Source of the DNA: Myxococcota bacterium
GTDB lineage: Bacteria; Myxococcota_A; UBA796; SXON01
NCBI GenBank assembly: GCA_040386535.1
Contig: JAZKFH010000003.1
Span: 225,088 to 289,087 of the forward strand
Direction of reading: 5' to 3'
DNA: 64,000 nt
The notes under the pieces were generated by a model. It saw only the letters and a program-made list of their open reading frames with translations. It did no database searches and was not told the origin of the DNA. Numbering within the stretch: position 1 is the first letter of the stretch; each line of letters starts with the position of its first letter. The translations under genes were made by a program, and so were the position numbers. This document shows positions 59,311 to 64,000 of the stretch, piece after piece.

Positions 59311-61328
59311 CCGTTCCTCCTACACCGGCGCGCGAGGCTCGCGGCGAGCAGCACGCCGAGCCAGCCGCCGCCGTGGGTCGTTCCACAGGTTGCGGCGAAC
59401 CATCCTTCGGGCGCCTCGGTCGCGCCGTCACAATCTCCGTCGCGGCCGTCGATCCGTTCGGTGGCGCCGGGGAACGTGTGGGCGTCCCCGTCGTCACAAT
59501 CGCCCTCGGCCTCGGTCCAGCCGTCCCGGTCGTCGTCGGACACCTCGGTCTCGTCGTCAGCCTGGCCGTCACAGTCGTTGTCCAGGCCGTCCACCGCCTC
59601 GGCCGCGCCCGGGAAGCTCTCGGCGCGCGTGTCGTCGCAGTCGAGATTGTCCTCCGACCACCCGTCGCCGTCGTCGTCGAACGCGTGGGTCGCGTCGTGG
59701 ATGCGCAGGTCACAGTCGTTGTCGCGCCCGTCGATGCGCTCGACCGCGAACGGGAACGTGCCCGGGCTCGCGTCGTCACAGTCGCCGTCCGCTTCGGTCC
59801 AGCCGTCGTGGTCGTCGTCGAAACGTGCCGTGCCGTTGTCCGCGATCCAGTCACAGTCCTGGTCGAAGCCGTCGTCGGACTCCTGCGCCAAGGGGTGTGT
59901 CAGCGCGGCGCGATCGTCGCAGTCGCCCTGCAGCTCGGTCCAGCCGTCGCCGTCATCGTCGAAGGCCACCGTGCCGTCGTCCACCACGAGGTCACAATCG
60001 TTGTCGACGCCGTCGGCGATCTCGGGCGCGCCCGGAAACGCGAGGCGGTTGGCGTCGTCACAGTCGCCCGTGGCCTCGGCGAAGCTGTCCCCGTCGTCGT
60101 CGTAGACCGCGGTCCCCTCGTCGGCACGGCCGTCACAGTCGCCGTCGCGCGCGTCGGCTACCTCGTCGGCGCCGGGGTGGATCGTCGCGTTGGTGTCGTC
60201 ACAGTCGCCCGCGGACTCACTCCACCCGTCGCCGTCGTCGTCCATCCCGACGGTGCCCTCGTCGATCGTGCCATCACAATCGTCGTCGCCGCCGTCCGCG
60301 GACTCGGGGGCCCCGGGAAACGTGAAGGCGTCGGCGTCGTCGCAGTCGCCCGCCGTGTCCGACCAGCCATCGCCGTCGTCGTCGTAGCCGAGGCTCCCCT
60401 CGTCCACGTTCCAGTCGCAGTCGTCGTCGACCGCGTTGTCCAACTCGACCGCGCCGGGGTGGCGTGCCGCGTCGTCGTCGGCACAATCGCCGTCACAGGT
60501 GCGATATCCGTCGGCGTCGACGTCGTAGCCCTCGTCGATCGACGCGTCGCAATTGTTGTCGAGCGCGTCGCAGAGCTCCATCGCGCCCGGGTTCACGGCC
60601 GCGTCGCCGTCGTCACAGTCACCGTCGTCCGCCACGTACCCGGAGGGACGGGTGCAGGCGACGCGGGTGACATCAGTGTCGCCGTAGCCGTCCGAGTCGG
60701 CGTCGCGGTACCAGGTGTCGGCGTCGACGGCCGAGGACTCGTCGGTGCTCCCGTCGCAGTCGTTGTCGACGCGGTCACACACCTCGTCGGCGCCCGGGTT
60801 CACCGCGGGATCGGACTCGTCGCAGTCGTCGCTGCCGTAGCCGTCGCCGTCCGTGTCGCTCCCGATGAGCTGGTGGCGGCGGATGAACACGTACGCGGAC
60901 GAGAGCGTGCGCGAGCCGTGCACGATGCCCCAGGCGGTGCCCATCGCCTCGTACGTCACGGGCGCGCCCCAACTGTCACCATAATCGTAGATGCCGGTGT
61001 GTCCCTCGCCGCTCGCGTGGCGCACCCACCCGTCTCCCAATTCGGGGCTCGACCGGCTCACCCGGCTCCAGTGGGTCGACTCGTTGTAGAAGTTGTACGT
61101 GCTGTACGGGTGCGAATACGTCGTGGTGGCCGTGTACGCCGGCACCTGGAACACCTTCCCGACATAGCCCGAGCAGTCCGCGCCGCTCCACGAGCGGTTC
61201 GACGGGTTCCACGCCCCGCCGCCCCACACGTAGCGGGAGCCGACGCCCGAGGCGGCGTAGTCGATCATCTCGTCGACCGTGATCTCGGGGCACTCGGCGT
61301 GGGCTTGCATCGCGAGGAGGAGGATCAC
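59307..61328 (-). CDS. Surface protein: NlpC/P60-like head + 10 PF11617-type repeats + MYXO-CTERM-like anchor
   Basis: YVWGG...ADCSGYV...GHTGIY...YEA; GTG start overlaps the upstream TGA. Confidence 0.82.
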   Translation of the reverse strand: MILLLAMQAHAECPEITVDEMIDYAASGVGSRYVWGGGAWNPSNRSWSGADCSGYVGKVFQVPAYTATTTYSHPYSTYNFYNESTHWSRVSRSSPELGDGWVRHASGEGHTGIYDYGDSWGAPVTYEAMGTAWGIVHGSRTLSSAYVFIRRHQLIGSDTDGDGYGSDDCDESDPAVNPGADEVCDRVDNDCDGSTDESSAVDADTWYRDADSDGYGDTDVTRVACTRPSGYVADDGDCDDGDAAVNPGAMELCDALDNNCDASIDEGYDVDADGYRTCDGDCADDDAARHPGAVELDNAVDDDCDWNVDEGSLGYDDDGDGWSDTAGDCDDADAFTFPGAPESADGGDDDCDGTIDEGTVGMDDDGDGWSESAGDCDDTNATIHPGADEVADARDGDCDGRADEGTAVYDDDGDSFAEATGDCDDANRLAFPGAPEIADGVDNDCDLVVDDGTVAFDDDGDGWTELQGDCDDRAALTHPLAQESDDGFDQDCDWIADNGTARFDDDHDGWTEADGDCDDASPGTFPFAVERIDGRDNDCDLRIHDATHAFDDDGDGWSEDNLDCDDTRAESFPGAAEAVDGLDNDCDGQADDETEVSDDDRDGWTEAEGDCDDGDAHTFPGATERIDGRDGDCDGATEAPEGWFAATCGTTHGGGWLGVLLAASLARRCRRNG

Positions 61329-62215
61329 TTGGACACCATCGCGATCTTGTCGAGGCTGACGCCATCGTACGTGTGGGTTCGGAGGCGCCACAACGTGCCA
61401 TCGGCGCCCAATGCCAGCTCGCGGGTGATGAGGGTCTCCGCGCCGGGCACGAGCGTGATCTCGTCGATGCGGCGCCCCTCGTCGTCGAGGAGCACCGTGC
61501 GCAGCTCGGGATCACGCATGTCGTAGTCGGGCGCGGGCCCCTCCTCGTACAGGAACAACGTCACGAGGGTGACACCCCCGCGCGCCTCGAGCGCCACGAC
61601 GTTTCCGAGGGGGCGGTCGGGCGTGAGGACCGATTTGTGTGTGGCGCCGCCGCCCGCGTCGGACCACGTGATCACGAGACGATCGGCGGCCTCCTTCTCC
61701 GCGCGCACGTAGCGCCCGTCGCCCGTGGGGCGCCCGGGGTACACCGCGCCGGTCGCGACGTCGTAGGTCCGGCCGTGCGCCTGCTCGACCAACACCGTGT
61801 CACCGTCGACGAAGATGCCGGAGGGGGCGTCGAGCGTGACGGGGGTTTGGGCCAGCAGCGTGCCCGTGCCATCGATCCGTTGGGCCGACCAACTGACGGT
61901 GTCCGGGTCGTACGCGAGCAGCGCCCAGCCGCTGCCGTCCTGCGCCGCGTCGAGCGTGGCGCGCGCGGGGATGGGCACCGTGGGGAGGGCCGCCCCATCG
62001 GCATCGTAGCGGAGGATGCGCCGGTTCTCCTGGTCGAGCAGCGCCACGCCCTCGTCCGTCGCCATCACCGCGAGCGGCCCGAGGTCGGCATCCGGGTCCT
62101 TGCCGAAGTCGATCCCCCACGCGCCGACCCGCGCGACCGTGGGGCTGACCGGCCGCACGTCGCCGAGGCGGACGGAGACGCTGGCGGGGTCGACACAGGC
62201 GAGGAGGAGGAACAT
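61325..62215 (-). CDS. Lipoprotein, probable beta-propeller
   Basis: MFLLLAC; GP......GVALLDQENRRI.RYD.DG; beta-rich. Confidence 0.7.
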   Translation of the reverse strand: MFLLLACVDPASVSVRLGDVRPVSPTVARVGAWGIDFGKDPDADLGPLAVMATDEGVALLDQENRRILRYDADGAALPTVPIPARATLDAAQDGSGWALLAYDPDTVSWSAQRIDGTGTLLAQTPVTLDAPSGIFVDGDTVLVEQAHGRTYDVATGAVYPGRPTGDGRYVRAEKEAADRLVITWSDAGGGATHKSVLTPDRPLGNVVALEARGGVTLVTLFLYEEGPAPDYDMRDPELRTVLLDDEGRRIDEITLVPGAETLITRELALGADGTLWRLRTHTYDGVSLDKIAMVSK

Positions 62216-62352
62216 GCGCGGGGTGCATGCAAGCGGCGTGCTCGGCCTGCGATGCAGGCGGGGTGCGGATCGTCGCGGGGTGGGCGCGGGGTTTGGGGTG
62301 CGGAGGGGACAGGGGGCGGTGGGGGGTGGGGTGTGGGGGGGACAGGTGGGGG

Positions 62353-62574
62353 GGGCGTGGATTCCAGCAACGCAGGACCTGACCGGCAGGTGGCGAGTTG
62401 CTGGGCGTGGAGTCCAGCAACTCCGGACCTGACCGGCAGGTGGCGAGTTGCTGGACGTGGAGTCCAGCAACGCCGGACCTGACCGGCACGTGGCGAGGTT
62501 TTGGACGTGGAGTCCAGCAACGCCGCACCTGACCGGCACGTGGCGAGTTGCTGGACGTGGAGTCCAGCAGCTAC
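62353..62574. repeat. REP/REPIN-like array: about 4.4 tandem 50-bp palindromic units
   Basis: Unit ggacgtggagtccagcaacgccggacctgaccggcaggtggcgagttgct; hairpin GTTGCTGGAC-N5-GTCCAGCAAC; terminal CTAC (GTAG on the minus strand). Confidence 0.88.
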
Positions 62575-62577
62575 CCG

Positions 62578-63408
62578 CTATACTTCGGACCCAACACCCG
62601 CGACGGAGACTCGGCCCGCCCGACTCGGCGGCGGCGCGGCTGGGAGCTTGACGAGCAGGCGATCCCCCAGAGATGCGCGCAGTGTCATGCCCTTGCTCAC
62701 GGCGAGGATCACGTTCTCCGGCACCTCGACGTCACGCGCACCGTAGACACGGGCCCTTGATCCGCCGAGCAACGCGGTCACGGCGTCGGCCTTCATGTGG
62801 GCCAACGCGATCCTGGCGGCGGCCGCCCGCGCAAGCGCTTGCGCATCCGAACGACCGTGCAGGCTCGGCAGCGCGAACACCGCGGCGGCCGCGTCCGCGA
62901 GGTGCGTCGGCGCGAACACCAGCCCCGTGGGCGCGACGCCGAGGTGCCGCAGAAGATCGTCACGCGACACCCTCGGGAGGTGCGCGCACACCCGTTCCTG
63001 GATGCCGCTGCCGAGGATGCGGTACTGCAGCAGATCCGGGAGCGCGCTCCCATCGTGCACCGGGTCATCCGTCAGCCCGTGCCGCAGGTGCTGACCGAGC
63101 ACGTAGTGGAACGTACGCTCCAGGTGCGCCTGGTCCACGATTGGTTTCACGTGCGTGATGTTGAACCCGTCAGGCAGTCCCAACGCCTGCGTGATCGACG
63201 ACCCGATCGCCTGCGCCGCCCGGCCCGCCGCCGCGCGATCACACGCGAGCTCCGCGTGCCCGTGGTCGCCCGCGAGCCGAAACGCGAGGAGCCCGTATCG
63301 GTCCCCAATCTCGATGAACGATCGCGCGATCCGACGTCGTGACGCTACGCTGGAGGCGATCACGCGGCTGTCGCGTAGGCGGAAGGTGAGGTGGAAGCCG
63401 ACGCTCAT
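62578..63408 (-). mobile_element. HUH/Y1 tyrosine transposase-like protein (RAYT / IS200-like TnpA) with C-terminal helical extension
   Basis: FHLTFR, LLAFRLAGDHGH (HUH), HLERTFHYVLGQHLRHG (Y1 tyrosine helix); flanked by REP-like arrays. Confidence 0.75.
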
Positions 63409-63552
63409 GGCGCGGAAGGTTCAGCACGAATTTCCTTGCGTCAAGTCCCTCGTGCGAGGATTCGCCCCCCCTGGCGCCGAGGTATCACAGCTCGATTGGC
63501 GAACGCGCGTCGTGACGGGGCTGGACGGCGTGTTCGGGTCGCGCTCGACCCG

Positions 63553-63867
63553 CTATTTCACCGTGAACCGCGGCATCGCGATGCGCTCGCCCCGGCACCG
63601 CGGGCAGCGCGAGGGGCGGCTGAGCTTGCCCTGGAACGCGTGGCCGCACGCCTTGCACGTGGCAGGGTCGACGACGAGCCTGCGGCCCTCGGTGCGCAGG
63701 CTGCGCGCGATGTGCTCCAAGTGGCCCTGCACCTCGAGCACGCTCGCGTGGACCGCCTGGGAGATCTCCAGGGCGCCGAAGGTGCCGGTCTCCAGCAACG
63801 CGACGATGCGCCTCCGGACCGTGTCCGGCTGATCGGCAGGGACGAAGGGGCCGCGGGGACGAGACAT
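63553..63867 (-). CDS. wHTH + Zn-ribbon predicted transcriptional regulator (COG3357-like)
   Basis: TVRRRIVALL...EISQ...HLEHIARS; CKAC...PSRCPRC..E.I..P.F. Confidence 0.85.
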   Translation of the reverse strand: MSRPRGPFVPADQPDTVRRRIVALLETGTFGALEISQAVHASVLEVQGHLEHIARSLRTEGRRLVVDPATCKACGHAFQGKLSRPSRCPRCRGERIAMPRFTVK

Positions 63868-63940
63868 TCAGCTTCTCCGCCAATGAAACACCTATCGTGA
63901 TCGCCGCGTGCGTCATGCGGAGCTCCTCCGTACGCAACGA

Positions 63941-64000
63941 GAAGCTGCTGGACGGGGAGTCCAGCAACGCCGGACCTGACCGGCAGGTGCCGAGTTGCTG
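63941..64000. repeat. Second copy or array of the same 50-bp REP-like unit, running off the window end
   Basis: gaagctgctggacggggagtccagcaacgccggacctgaccggcaggtgccgagttgctg. Confidence 0.88.

Noticed and set aside
58039..61328. 141-bp periodic DNA repeats as a mobile or non-coding array
   Set aside because: The periodicity is explained by protein repeats with synonymous divergence.
61325..62539. N-terminal extension of the lipoprotein ORF through the repeat array
   Set aside because: The extension is just the translated REP array and G-tract; the lipobox start at 62215 is more plausible.
62353..62574. CRISPR or other spacer-carrying array
   Set aside because: Units are near-identical over all 50 bp with no unique spacers, and there are no cas genes in the window; the adjacent HUH gene fits a REP interpretation better.

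Overview
Very GC-rich bacterial chromosome segment. A Myxococcota-like deltaproteobacterial lineage is inferred from the MYXO-CTERM-like C-terminal anchors and the multiple Cys/Asp-rich 'DCDD...DNDCDG' (PF11617/MopE-type) repeat proteins. It holds about 60 plausible CDSs, and I recognised no rRNA, tRNA or CRISPR array. Recognisable loci are grxC, minCDE, an M1 aminopeptidase with HEAT repeats, fbp, a P450/TetR pair with twin operators, rtcB, folE with a NitT/TauT-type ABC system, ECF sigma/FecR, a sigma54-driven sulfate ABC operon (sbp-cysTWA) with its own enhancer-binding protein, and four large Ca/metal-binding repeat surface proteins. The most notable observations are: (1) an RbfA-like gene coupled to rtcB, preceded by an 8-codon leader ORF and a ~300-nt multi-stem leader, which is a candidate ribosome-sensing RNA-repair module; (2) an HUH/Y1 (RAYT-like) transposase plus a wHTH/Zn-ribbon gene enclosed by 50-bp palindromic REP-like arrays; (3) widespread ultra-short signal peptides with no basic n-region, often on apparently leaderless genes; (4) an NlpC/P60-like head on a long acidic repeat stalk; (5) a thioredoxin whose CxxC has become SxxS. 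All calls come from reading motifs by eye; no database searches or folding programs were run.
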